Origin: Lophium mytilinum
Taxonomy: Eukaryota
Direction: 5' to 3'
DNA length: 64,000 nucleotides
Assembly (NCBI GenBank): GCA_010093605.1
Contig: MU004189.1
Location: 1,061,834-1,125,833 of the forward strand
Shown: piece after piece, positions 50,589 to 62,136 of the stretch
Numbering within the stretch: position 1 is the stretch's first letter
How the letters are laid out: every line of letters starts with the position of its first letter
Program-made: the position numbers and the translations under genes
Notes under the pieces: generated by a model
Told to the model about the DNA's origin: nothing
What the model saw: the letters and a program-made list of their open reading frames with translations, nothing else
Databases searched by the model: none

Positions 50589-52398
50589 CCAAGTCTGCCG
50601 TTTTGGGTCACGGTTTCGGTTTTGTCCGTGAAGGCAGGAATTTTACGCCTTGTAAATGGAGAGGGGGTTTCTTTTCAACTGGAAGGCCGTCGAGGAGAAT
50701 TGAGTTTTCGCAGGATTTGAAGTTCCGTAATGGAGAGAATATAGCAAGAAAGGTGAAGAATGAAGGCGCGTATGCCTCAATCACCGTGACGCTAATTGAG
50801 GCGACGTCATGCATCCCAGCATCTCAGGCTACAAATAGCGTTGCCTTTGCATCCTCTTGCGGAAGGCGTATTGCCAATCCGTGAGATTGGGTAGTAAAAT
50901 GTCGCATAGCGGAGTTAGACGGCAGCAGAGCGACGATCGATACAGTCTCGGATAGCTTGACTTGTCCTTCTCTGGCATGCCGCCCAAGAGGCGTGTAGGA
51001 TATCCCCGAAAAAGGCTCAAGCGGTCCCTGAGTAGTGGGTGAGTGGCAGGGCCGCCCCCCAAACTACGTTTGCGATGATACGACCTCTGAGATCGATGGC
51101 CTCGAATGAGGCCAAAAAAGCCAGAAGGCAACCGCGGTCATGCAAGTGGCAAGACAGGAGGACAACGGAGTCGTTGCGCAGCCGGTCGAGCCACTCAGAC
51201 CTTTCCCCCACGTCATTCAGTGTGATGCACACAGAAGCGTGCATGAGGAAGTGGTCATGTGACTGGATACGAGACGAGTACAGTCTAGTATTGGACAGCC
51301 TTGCAGGAGTCCCAAAGGTTCGGGACGACGGACGGGCGGTGCGACCCTCCCTTTCGCTGGCTCCACGAGGAGCCCGCATGGTCGGTTAGTCATGTGACTG
51401 ATTAGGGGGTGAGTGAAGCCCCGTATTGGACAGCTTTGCAGCAATCCCAATGGCTCGGAACGCCGGACGGGGGTAGAATCCCGCAGTTTTGCTCGCTCGC
51501 CGGCCTCAAAACCTGCCACCCATGTGTCGCGGCTGTGGTCTCTTTCTTGTGGGTCCCTTTCTTACAGACATGTGTTAGCGCAATGGCGGAGATAGATTAC
51601 GAAGTAATCAGGCGCTCAGTAACTCACTCAGGTAGCCCCCCTCACCATTGCGGGACACAAGTAACCGATAGAAGCCAATGAAATTATGCCTAGGGTTCAC
51701 TGGCTCATGCGGTCGACTTATGTGTTCCGGACTTTGGGACACATAGTAGTTGGTCATACCATTTTACTGACGTTCAATGTTGGCGTCCCGAAACCTGGCA
51801 GCCTTAGAGCGTGCGGCACCATGAACGGTGAGCGGTCCACTGTCAAGAGTTAGGAACACGCTACGCGAATGGCTCGAGTGACCAATTTAAAAGAGCTGCA
51901 GGTTGGTGTATGTTTGCCTTAATGTCGTTTTCATGAGAACCATTGCACTGGGGTTTCATGGGTTGCTCAGGTTGCAGAAAAGCGGCATCCTAGCGGGCAC
52001 CCGCTGCCGCAGCTGGAGGACTCCGTGGGGTCTGACATGGGTCGCCGGATCGCCCTCGAAACCCTAGGCAGTCAATTGTGCCGCCACATCTGATCGAGCG
52101 TGCACTCACGAAGCGCCACGCATCAACCCCGGCTGATGGCGTGTCTACAATTGGCGTACATGGACGCTGAGAACGGTAAGAGTCTTGAATCGATAGGCCC
52201 GCTTGACACAGCCAGCCGGTTGACGGCGGCAGATTCCTCGGGGCGAAAGTATAAGAGGCAAGTTTGTCGTCCGTCTTTGGTTCCCAAACTCAGTTCCGTT
52301 GCATCAAGCGTTACCATCAGCCTTCCCTGATCATACTTCGATTCTGCACACGCAAATCTTCATCTTAGATACCAACCTGGTCATTCCTAGCCCCAGTC

Positions 52399-52700
52399 AT
52401 GGCACAACAAAAGCGCACTGAAGAGGCCGTCAGGCTTCCAGGAGCCGCAGAAGTCAGGCATTCTCTCGAGGGACAACCGCTAGTTTGTGGGCCTACCATT
52501 TTAATGAATCTTGCACTGACATGGCGTGACAACAGCAGCATAGCTTGACCAGATGTCCGGAAGAATACTGCCTGGCTCGATGGTTGCAAGAAACACCAAA
52601 GGAAGAGCCATGGAACACGGAAGGGTGGGGGAGCTTGCTAGATGAGCACGAGGCGGGGCGAGCTTCGGCCGCAGCTACCGAGGATCAGTCGTCCAAGTGA
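52399..52700 (+). CDS. RW-x9-W microprotein copy 11 (82 aa); exons 52399-52482, 52536-52700
   Basis: Phase-0 GTTTGT..ACTGAC..CAG intron; motif EEYCLARWLQETPKEEPWNTEGWG; TATAAG at 52250. Closest to copy 10: both have a 28-aa exon 1 and end SSK*. Confidence 0.8.
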
Positions 52701-53399
52701 TGGAGCCGCTTAGCTACTGTTTTTCTTCTTTTGTGATGGACCGCGAAGGCATGAATATGATTATTGACAGATAGGAACTAAATTAAGGGCTCATTTAGGG
52801 GCGAAAAAGCGACAATGAAATTGGCTTAACATAGAGGTTCCTTACGTCGAGAGAAGATAGCAAAAAACTTGAAGAACAAAGCACGTTCGAGTACTACATC
52901 GCCAATTGTGACGCTAGGGGTCGATGCACCGCTCACCTCAGCAGCTGCCGCCTCTTATCCCTGACCGTCCATCAGGTTCGGCTCCCTTGGTGGAGAGATA
53001 AATATCGCCGCCGCTAGATTCTCCGTCGCGCTCGTGGCTTGTCTCCCGAAAGCTTCAAATAGGAAGCGAGGCGGGGCAAGAAGGGACGTGCTATGCATAC
53101 ATTGTGATATGGATTGCATTCAAGTTAATAAGACGTATAGTTTCGTGGCAAGGCTTCTTAATGGAAGTAAGGGAGTGGAGGATTGTCTGATCTCGGTGTT
53201 GACGAAACACCCGCCTGCACACCTCTCCAGCTTACGTAAAAGGTGACGCACAGGCCAGCATAGCTCGAGCTCCGCATCGTGCCCAGCCATCAAATAGGTA
53301 ATAACAACGACGACATCAGCGATCATCAGCGTGCGGCGTGTGGACATGTACCCCGTCTATACAACTATCCTCTAGATGTGGTGCACTTCTTCGGCAACG

Positions 53400-53517
53400 C
53401 TACAGGTATACCGGGATCGTTATTGTCATCGCCGTCGTCATCTTCTGCGTGGTATCGTGGTTTGCCCCGCGAAAGGGCGAAACTCATCAGTATACAGGTC
53501 CAACCGTCGAAATCAGA
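53400..53517 (+). pseudogene. C-terminal fragment of a GABA/choline-type amino acid permease
   Basis: YTGIVIVIAVVIFCVVSWFAPRKGETHQYTGPTVEI resembles the last TM helix plus YxGP tail of ACT-family permeases. The rest of the gene is absent. Confidence 0.45.
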
Positions 53518-53984
53518 ACCTTTCTTTATGTAAGAAGAGCTAGAGCAGAAATTTCCAAACTCTTAGGCTTGCCTCCCCTTAATATCGAGGGCGACACCAC
53601 GCGCGCACCTCGACTGCCCCCTCGAATCAGTACCTCAACCACACATACCTTTCTACCTCAGGCATGCCCTGAGGACGCTCTCCGAACCACGGGCTATTGA
53701 CGACGGTACTCTCGATGACGTCACCCGACTCCTGTTGAGCGGATTCGAAATTACCGATCGAAAATTACCGATCGAAGACTTCTGCCCGTCTCACAAGAGA
53801 AGCCTTTGGGGCAACAAGCGGGTGCGGTATCAACTTTATACACCACCAGATTGGGGCGCGAAGAAGCATAACTATACAATGTCTTGCTGGGCTAAAGGTC
53901 ACTGGAAAAGGTGATGTTAGTGACGGGAAGACCATAGTAAGATGATGCTCGGTGACTGCTTTCGGGAGATGCCTCTCCCGAACA

Positions 53985-54320
53985 CGCGGCGTGGTCAAAA
54001 TCACCCAGCGTCTATTGTTCTGAATTTACCCGAATAGATCCGATGCTTTTACTCACAATAACGCACAGAAAGGCCCCCCGCTATGTTCCAACTGCGTCTA
54101 GACACCTAGCGTAGTCACAACGACCCAGCGTCTACGATTTCAAGGCTCACGCGGTTAGATCCGATGCTTTTACTCACAATAACGCACAGAAAGGGCCCCC
54201 TCCATATTGTCACCGCGTCTGAATACCCGGCGTAGTTATATCCACCCCGCGTCTATCATTTTGAAGTCTACACGGTTAGATCCGATGTTTTTACTCAACA
54301 ATGTCCCAGAAAGGCACCCC
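53985..54320. repeat. 121-bp-period diverged tandem repeat x3
   Basis: TAGATCCGATG(C/T)TTTTACTCA at 54035, 54156 and 54277, with flanking GCGTCTA and CAGAAAGG recurring. Confidence 0.85.
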
Positions 54321-55036
54321 CTCCCACTTCTATCCACCTAGACCTCATATAGATACTCGCCAACCACCTCAATTACGATGGAAAGGGTCCTAATGTACAG
54401 ATGTGAATCCAAAACAGTCTCTCAATGTGAACGAGTATCATGATTTACTACACTGGTAGTCTATAGCTACAAGGCTGCCCCCTCGTTGATCAGGTCACGC
54501 ACGTTGAAAGCACGTGATTTGTTTTCCTAGTTGCATCGCTTGATATTGCTTCAGGCTTAGGAAACAAATCAAGCACCATGCAAACGCAGTTGATTTCCAT
54601 GCCTCTGTAGCTCCGAGTCAAACTTTGATGGTGGTTGGTATCGATGTGATGTGGTTGAAAGATGCTCATGACCGGATGGTCCTAGCTCAGGGCCGACGTC
54701 AGCGGGAAGCGAAGGAAGCTTGATCCAAGTCCAAGCACATGTCAGACGCGACTTATCCCACCAATCCCGCCAATTGCACCACCATCCTCAACACCTACTC
54801 TCCAACTATCGTCACTCTTTCCGATAGCTTCCAGGTTTACCCTCCTCCCTTCTCCCACGATATCTCCGCCTCTCGCCACAATTCCCCGCCACGCCCACCT
54901 CCTCACACTCCTCCGCGACAGTCTCCGCACCCCTTCCCTCGACCCCAAAACACGCGCCGCCGTCCAGCAACTCCTACCAGAGTCCGCCCGCTGGCTGCTG
55001 AGCACCAAGGACACGGGCGACCCGCCCCCTGCGAGT

Positions 55037-58000
55037 ATGTCGACGCCCGAGAACAAAGGCTACCTCTCCGCAGGTATCGGGGCTTTCTCGCCCTGGACCT
55101 CGCGCAGCAACACGCCCAAGCCCCCGCCGAGTCCAAGGGAACCGAGGGAGAGCGAAGCATCCGTTGCATCCGAGACTATGGGAGGGCCACAGAGAGGAGG
55201 CGACCATACCATTAGTCGGCGGCATCGGTTGAGTCTGAGGAATTATCCGCGGGACTGTCCTGTGCTGGCTGTGCAGTGGTATCATGCGATTGATGTAAGT
55301 GCATCCCTGTGCACGGAGAAAGGGCGGTGAGGGGATCTGGAGTGCCAATGCTGATATTGTGGTGTTGCAGATTCCCAAGCGTAAACCACTCGCTGCCAAG
55401 ACTCCTCTCCCCGACGACGAAAAGCCTCCGGCACCGAAGAAGTGGGCGCAGTTCTCGCCGGGCGATTCGAGGGCGATTGAGGCAGCATTCCAGAAGTTAG
55501 CGGATGAGGTTGACATTGCGGATGAGAGAGCGTTGAAATTCCCAGGGAGCCCGCGCCCTCGATCGACAGAGCATCAAGAGTCGCTTGATAAGGCTGGGAA
55601 GGTGAAGGTACCAGTGAATGAAGATTTCCTCTTCGACGTTGATGTTGAGGCAAGAGAATTGGGTCCCGCGTACTGGTTGGGGCCGGTCTACGAGGTGCGG
55701 CGTGGGACTTGGTTCTATGGTGAGTCTAGCCTGAGCCCTGATTGAAGCGGATTGCTAACACGCATTCACAGAGAGCACCGGACTCCCATGCGACGAAAAC
55801 CTTGCCACCCAGCTTGAAGAAGGATATCTGAAACTTAGGCCATGGAAATTCCCGAAGTCCGAAAAGCGCTCCGTATCGCAGCCTCGTTCACGACCACAGT
55901 CATTGAGAGCTGCTCCTGGAGACGAATACCGGAAAAGCCTCAAGGAGTCTAGATCGAATCCCATAACCCCAAAATCATCCTCGGACAACCTGAAAGCCGA
56001 GTCCCCTTATTCCGCGAGTGATGCTACAGGAGAGGAGGCATCACCATCCCATGATCAAATGAAAGCCCATCGACTGTTCGGTACACACATGAACTCTGTT
56101 GTCACCTATCAAAATTCGACAACAGCATGGCTTTTGACAGACGATTTTCTTTCACGCATGAGCAGCAACGTCTATCAACGATTCGCCGGTGGTGGACACT
56201 TCGCGGGCGTCAAACTCACTCGAGGCTCATCTAGCATGACGAAGAAGAGCAAAGACGACGACCGGCCGGGATCATCTGGCTCAACGTCTGATGATGCATC
56301 CGAGGCGAATACCGAGGGCAAACCCGAAGTCAAAATCGACACTGATGTTTCAGACGGAGAAGAAGAAGACCATGCACAGTCGCCTTCGGAAGCTCGCACG
56401 AAGACTCTCGCAAGGCACATGTCATCTCTGGTGTCCTCGACGCAACCGGCAGATCCTGCTAAGCAAGAAGAGGAAATCCGGAAACGGGATGAGAAAGAGA
56501 TCCGTGACGACTACCAGGACCAGTCCGGCGAAGAGCAAGGCCGTGACATTGAGCACCTGCTTCTCGTTACCCATGGCATTGGACAACGTCTTGGAATGCG
56601 CTTGGAGAGTGTCAACTTTGTCCACGATGTCAACACTCTGAGAAAGTCTCTCAAGGGCGTCTACGCGAACTCTACTGATCTACAGGCTTTAAACGCCGAG
56701 GTTGACAAGCTGCCTAAAAATTGTCGAATCCAGGTCCTCCCCATCTGCTGGAGACATCTCCTCGACTTTCCAAAACAGAGCCTCAAGCACAATCGCAAAG
56801 AACACGACCTCGGTGACCTCGATTTCGATGACCAGGATTACCCTAATCTCGAAGACATCACCATCGAAGGCGTTCCTACCGTGCGCAATCTCATCACCGA
56901 CCTCGCCCTCGATATCCTCCTCTACCAGAGCCCCGCATACAAAGGTCATATCTCTCGCATCGTGCTTCAAGAATGCAACCGCATCTATCGTCTCTTCCGC
57001 GAACGCAACCCCTCCTTCAATGGAAAGGTAAGCTTGGTCGGCCACTCTCTTGGCTCCGCCATTCTCTTTGATATTCTCTGCCACCAGAAAGATGATAGTC
57101 CTTCCCAACACCACAAGCACCGGCGCGCCACCGATGACCACATGAAACTCGACTTCCCCGTTGAGGACTTCTACGCCCTCGGTTCGCCGCTTGGTCTCTT
57201 TCAGATGCTAAAAGGTCGAACCATCGCCGCTCGTCAACCATCTGCGTCGCATACCCCCGCCGAAACCCCGGGTGAGGGCTTCGATGACCCCTTCGTCTCG
57301 CCGACCGGTAAATCAAAGGCATTCGAAATCACCACCAGCCGTCCGAAATGCAACCAGCTTTTCAACATCTTTCATCCCACTGACCCCATCTCGTACCGCA
57401 TCGAGCCTCTAATCTCCCCAGCCATGAGCGCCTTGAAACCCCAACCCCTCCCATACACCAAGAAAGGTATCTTCGGCGCCCCAGTCGGCCAAGGACTAAC
57501 CGGCATCGGCGCGCGCGTCGGCCAGAGCGTCAGCGGGCTCTGGACCAGCCTGAGCTCCGGCATCGCGTCCAGCCTCATCAACCGCAGCCTCGGCATCACC
57601 GGCGACGACGCCGTCAAGCTCCAATCCCAGTCCGCCCGCCCCTTGTCCATCGGCGCCGGCACCAACATCACAGCCGGTGGCGTCCTTCCCACAACAGGTA
57701 AAGACCCAGACCCCGCCTTCATCAACGAAGAGCGAAAGCGCCGCCTTGGCGAAGACCCTATCACCGCCGGCGACGTCGGCGAACACCCCCCCACGCTTAT
57801 CGACACAGAGATCGAAACGCTCTTCTCCGGCTTCCATAAGCGCACGCGGAGCCAGACGAGTGAGGACGCGTGGGCCACGAGGGAGTCGCTTGAATGGCAA
57901 GAACTGGAAGAAAAGAGCCGGCGGCTGCGGCGGGAAGAGGCGAAGGTGCGAGCACTGAACAGCAACGGCCGTGTGGACTACAATATCCAAGAAGGCGTAA

Positions 58001-58246
58001 GTAATGCGAGTTTGCTACGTGTGTTGGGGACGCAACGGGGTGGGCTTTTGGCGAGAATGGTTGGTGCTAACTGTGCTAAAGGCATTTGATATCAATATTT
58101 ACCAGAGTATTGCGAGCCACTTGACGTATTGGGCGGATGAGGACGTGGGGCACTTTATTATCTCGCAATTGTTGGCGAGGCATAGGGTGTTTATGGGGAA
58201 GGAGGGGGAGATGGAGAAGGAGGAGAAGAAGGAACAAGAGGAGTAG
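55037..58246 (+). CDS. DDHD-domain phospholipase A1 (PA-PLA1/Ddl1-like); introns 55295-55370, 55720-55771, 57997-58081
   Basis: YEVRRGTWF, HLLLVTHGIGQ, lipase motif VGHSLGS, LGSPLGLF, FNIFHPTDPISYRIEPLI, NGRVDY, SHLTYW; canonical introns. Confidence 0.92.
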
Positions 58247-58319
58247 GGGCGGTTTTGTAGGAGTTAGTGAGTAGTTGTAGGTTATACCCCTAACGGCATG
58301 GATATCCCACTCTTCGAGT

Positions 58320-59860
58320 TTGTCTTCTGCGCGTGAGATACCGTTGTCTGGGGCGGCCTAAGTATAGGGTAGCAGGCCGGTCGAGAGGGTGTCTAATATA
58401 GACTGCGTGGATATCTGGATGGGCAGCTCGACTGAAAAGACATGTAGTCGGATACCGCACTCGGTAGGCAAGAATGCTGCGCGCGCGATACCGCTGTAAG
58501 GAGTAGCCTGGGTAACGTGGAGTTGTCTGGAAAAAGGGTCGCCTAATCTGCACTGCGTTTACAAAAGGACGGGCGTATAGCTATCCCACTGCTCGAGCTT
58601 TGCTTCTGCGCAGGAAGATACTGCTGTCTGGAGCTTGGGACGCTGGTAGCTAGCCGGTCCGCATGGTGTCTGATATCGACTATACGAATATTTAGATGGG
58701 CTGCTGGAGTATGAAAATGGGCGGGCGCGTATCTCACTCCTTCGGCGGGGTTTTTGCAAGTGTGATACCACTGTCTGGGGTGGTTCAGGTAGGGTGCAGC
58801 GGGATGGGAAAAGGTAATGTAATTTCTACCCCATGATTATAGAAACATATTTACGGATTTGTAGGTGGTACAGCTTCAGTCTTGCTCGCGCGATGCTAAT
58901 GTTAGGGGTGGCCTAGCGAGGGTGCGACGGGGTGGGAAAAATTAGCTGAAATACAACTGCTTGAACGATAGGATACGGTCGCGTAAGTCTCACCGCAGGG
59001 AGGTTGCTTTTGGCGGTGCGAGAGCACTGTTTAGGGTGGCTCAGCTGGAGTCCGACCGGAATGGTCAAGAGGCTACCTGATATAGACCACCTGAATGAAA
59101 GGATAATTCCTCGGAAGCCTTGTCGTTAGGTGCTTGCTATTGCTCGCTCAATAGCACTGTCGGGGGTAGCCCAGCTAGGGTGTCACTAGCTGGTCAAAAG
59201 GAAGCCGAAACTCAACTGCAAGAATAGAAGGATATAGATCCGTAAATTATAGTACGGGGACTGTCTTTCTGCTCGCTTAATAGTACTGTCCGGGGTAGCC
59301 TAATTAGGGTATCGGCGGCCGTTCAATAGGTAGTCTAATTCCCACTGCAACATTCTTGACATCGGGTATAGAGTTGAGCAAGCTTACTGGGGCACTCCCA
59401 GGGGTGGTGCTATTAGTTCGTACTCTCTTCTCTTTCGTGCTAATACTACCCGAGCTGCTTTTAGTACGCTTTCCCTATACCTAGAGTAAAGAGGTTGTAA
59501 GCTTACGCACATGAAATTTTTGCTGCGGGACGTTTACTTTGCTCACTCAATACCACCGTTTGGGGTGGCTTAGCTGGGGTTTTGTTAACCGGCCAAGAAG
59601 TAGTCCTATTCCGGTTACATCAGTCTTTAGATCATGATTAGAGCTCTAGAAACCTGTAGTGGTGCTCTAAACGGTGGCGTTGTCAGTCTGCTATTCCATT
59701 CTATGGGTGGTTGATTTGGGCTGGCATCTGATCACCACTGACGTCTTCTCAACAGACTCGGGAATCTCATTGCTGGAGCTTCCAGCTTGCTCGCGCGACA
59801 CCGCTGTGAGGAGTGTCTCGGCTAGCAGGTAGGTGGTCGGTCGAGAGGTAATCCAATTCC
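58320..59860. repeat. Highly diverged tandem array, ~11 units of ~130-150 bp
   Basis: Recurring TTGCTCGCKCRATACYRCTGTYKGGGGTRGCYYAGCTAGGGT-like core at about 58325, 58476, 58603, 58752, 58881, 59010, 59140, 59268, 59540 and 59787, plus a weak copy near 59435. Confidence 0.7.
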
Positions 59861-60350
59861 TCTTGCATTACTCTTTACATCTTTATCAAAGACTCGAGGC
59901 GCGTTGGGGTGCCCCAAGCAATCTCTATTCTATTTCTTTGGGTGCCAATCCTCCTCCGCTTCCATGCAGCATCTTTTGGAACCACGGTACTGAGTAGCTC
60001 AATTACGAGGCAGTCAGTCAGTCAAGAGGCAGCCCGAATCCCACACTCCTTGCATGAGCATCGCGTTCGGAGTCATAAATTGCCGTAGATCGAGACGAAG
60101 TCAGTGAGGCCACCTCCGCTCTCACATTCACCACAACGCACAGCCACCAGCTCCAAGACGTGGATTTGTGCCCATCGACCCAACCTTAAAACCAACGCCG
60201 CATCGCCCACTCTCACCTCGCTCATCGCCACATCATCCGCGCAGCTCGCTGCCAATAGTAAAAGCTTTATGAAGGCAGCCGCCAACGACCATCCACCAAC
60301 ACAGACAACTTGAAGCGCGCAGCACAGATCGACTTGCCTCTTCATCAGCC

Positions 60351-60909
60351 ATGTCCTCCGCGTTTCCTCCCGCCTTTCAGATCACACCCGCACCCCTCCC
60401 CCCCGGTCTCCCTCCCGGCCGCGCGACCATGGTCGTTCTCCCAATCCGCGCGAACGCGAACACCGCCGCGTCCATGGCTATGCCACCTCCGAAGCCGAAG
60501 CGGTTCCCGCCGAAGGAGAAGGTCCAAAGCCAGCAGCAGCTGCAGCAGATGCCGGTACAAGCGCAGGTGCCGGTCGAGGATCCAAAGTATACGAAGATGG
60601 TGCGTTTACAAATCTAGTGCTATATCATATCTTTCTCTTTGCTAGTTTCGGTTGAATGGTTTCGCTTGTACGCTTTCCTCGCATTTTAAAGCCAATGTGG
60701 AAGTGGATGTAGAAGCTAATGACCTGGGAACGATGCAGCGTAGTGCCGCTTTCCACGATCTTGTCAATAGACCCGCGTACGCGTTCTACTACGAGGCGAC
60801 GATTCGGCAGTGGTCGGAGTCGGTGTCGATTGCGACGAATCTGAAGGAGAGGATGGGAGAGAAGGAGGCGATGAAGGGGGGAGTTTGGCCGTGGGGGAAG
60901 AAATTTTGA
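60351..60909 (+). CDS. Small hypothetical protein (139 aa), Pro-rich N-terminus; exons 60351-60599, 60739-60909
   Basis: Phase-0 GTGCGT..GCTAAT..CAG intron joins two ORFs in frame; exon 2 reads RSAAFHDLVNRPAYAFYYEATIRQWSESV... Confidence 0.6.
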
Positions 60910-61334
60910 GAGGGGCTCGCCGGGAGGCTCCACAGCGAGTAAAGGATGGGAGTAGAGAGGGGAAGTTGGAGAGAGGAAGGGTGAGATGGCAGGAGAGGCG
61001 TTGAAGCAGCAGCGCTCCTAGCGGATATGTTCGAGACGTTGAAAACAATCGACGTCTTGGATGAGGACAATAAGCGAGATCTTCGGGATATGTGATTTGG
61101 CTTAAAGCAAGACACTACGACGCCGGTCTCCAGATCCCAAGATAATAGGGGTTTCATGTAATGCGAATATATCAGCGCATTCACCATGACCAGCGCACCA
61201 CCTTCTAACCACAACCATGCGCCGACGTGAGCCCTTCAGAAACCACCAGCATCACCACAACCACCCATTGCACCCGATTGTCTATCTACCTGACTCAACA
61301 CGATCCAAAAACTGACCCTCCTCAACACATAACC

Positions 61335-61827
61335 ATGCCCGCACCCCCACAAGCTCCCCCAATAACCAAACCAGCTGCGTCACCCAAACCCTTCTGCGAC
61401 ATCACCATTGCGCAGAAATACGTAAGCGCTGCTGTCCGTGCGATACTCGCAGCCAGATTTCTCGTACTTGCAAAGAGGGGAACCGACGAACTGACTATCT
61501 TCCTCACATACAGTGGTTCTCAATCCTCAAAGCCACCCCTCACCATCGTTACTGGAACGATAGTGCTATTCGGCGATGGATGGAAGATGCTGCGCCTGTT
61601 GCGCCACCAACGGATGTTCCGGCGCTGGATGTTGTGAGTTCTGCCCTCTTATGAGCTTCGGAGAGGGGTGCGAGGGATGCTACGGGACTAACGGGGTGTA
61701 GGACGGAATTGAGAGGATAGTGGCTGAGATGGAGGAGGAATGGGGGAAGGGGAGGGGGAAGATTAGGCTGCGAAGAGGTGTGCGGAAGGGGGTTCCGCCG
61801 TTGTGGACCAACTTTCACGACCTATAG
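61335..61827 (+). CDS. Small hypothetical protein (110 aa); exons 61335-61421, 61514-61633, 61702-61827
   Basis: Two phase-0 introns (GTAAGC..ACTGAC..CAG; GTGAGT..ACTAAC..TAG); exon 2 reads WFSILKATPHHRYWNDSAIRRWMEDAAP... Confidence 0.6.
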
Positions 61828-62136
61828 CGACGACGAATGGGTGAAACAGCTGTTAAGGCAGATAAAATGCTACTGTATTGAGACTTTCGACGCCGCTGTA
61901 ACGCTTTCGGAGGTGTCCTACATATCAACGTTGATCTAGATATGGTGGCGCGATGGTAAGATGGAAATGGGAATGTAGTTTTACGAGCTTCTGACGTTCT
62001 GGAAGCTCTTTTGTAGTCTAGCGAGTGGCTGGTGCGGAGTTCTTCAGTTACTTGTTTCAAATACCTGAGGTAAGTATGCTCGCGGACGTTCAAGATTGGA
62101 CGTTGAGTGTGGCGGTGCACTGGTCCTGAGGCGCTA

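Noticed and set aside
9967..52700. Array as alternative cassette exons of one giant gene
   Set aside because: Each unit has its own ATG and stop codon, most have a TATA-like box, and no shared constant exon is visible.
9967..52700. Array as dikaritin/KEP-type RiPP precursors or secreted effectors
   Set aside because: No signal peptides, no KR-delimited repeats, no conserved cysteines, and no DUF3328, POP or methyltransferase gene in the window. An unknown precursor type is not excluded.
8400..54400. Starship-type giant mobile element
   Set aside because: No tyrosine-recombinase captain or recognisable Starship auxiliary genes or boundaries were seen.
56689..57990. Long antisense ORFs
   Set aside because: Shadow frames of the codon-biased DDHD gene.
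58320..59860. CRISPR array
   Set aside because: Eukaryotic context, repeats far too degenerate, and no cas genes.
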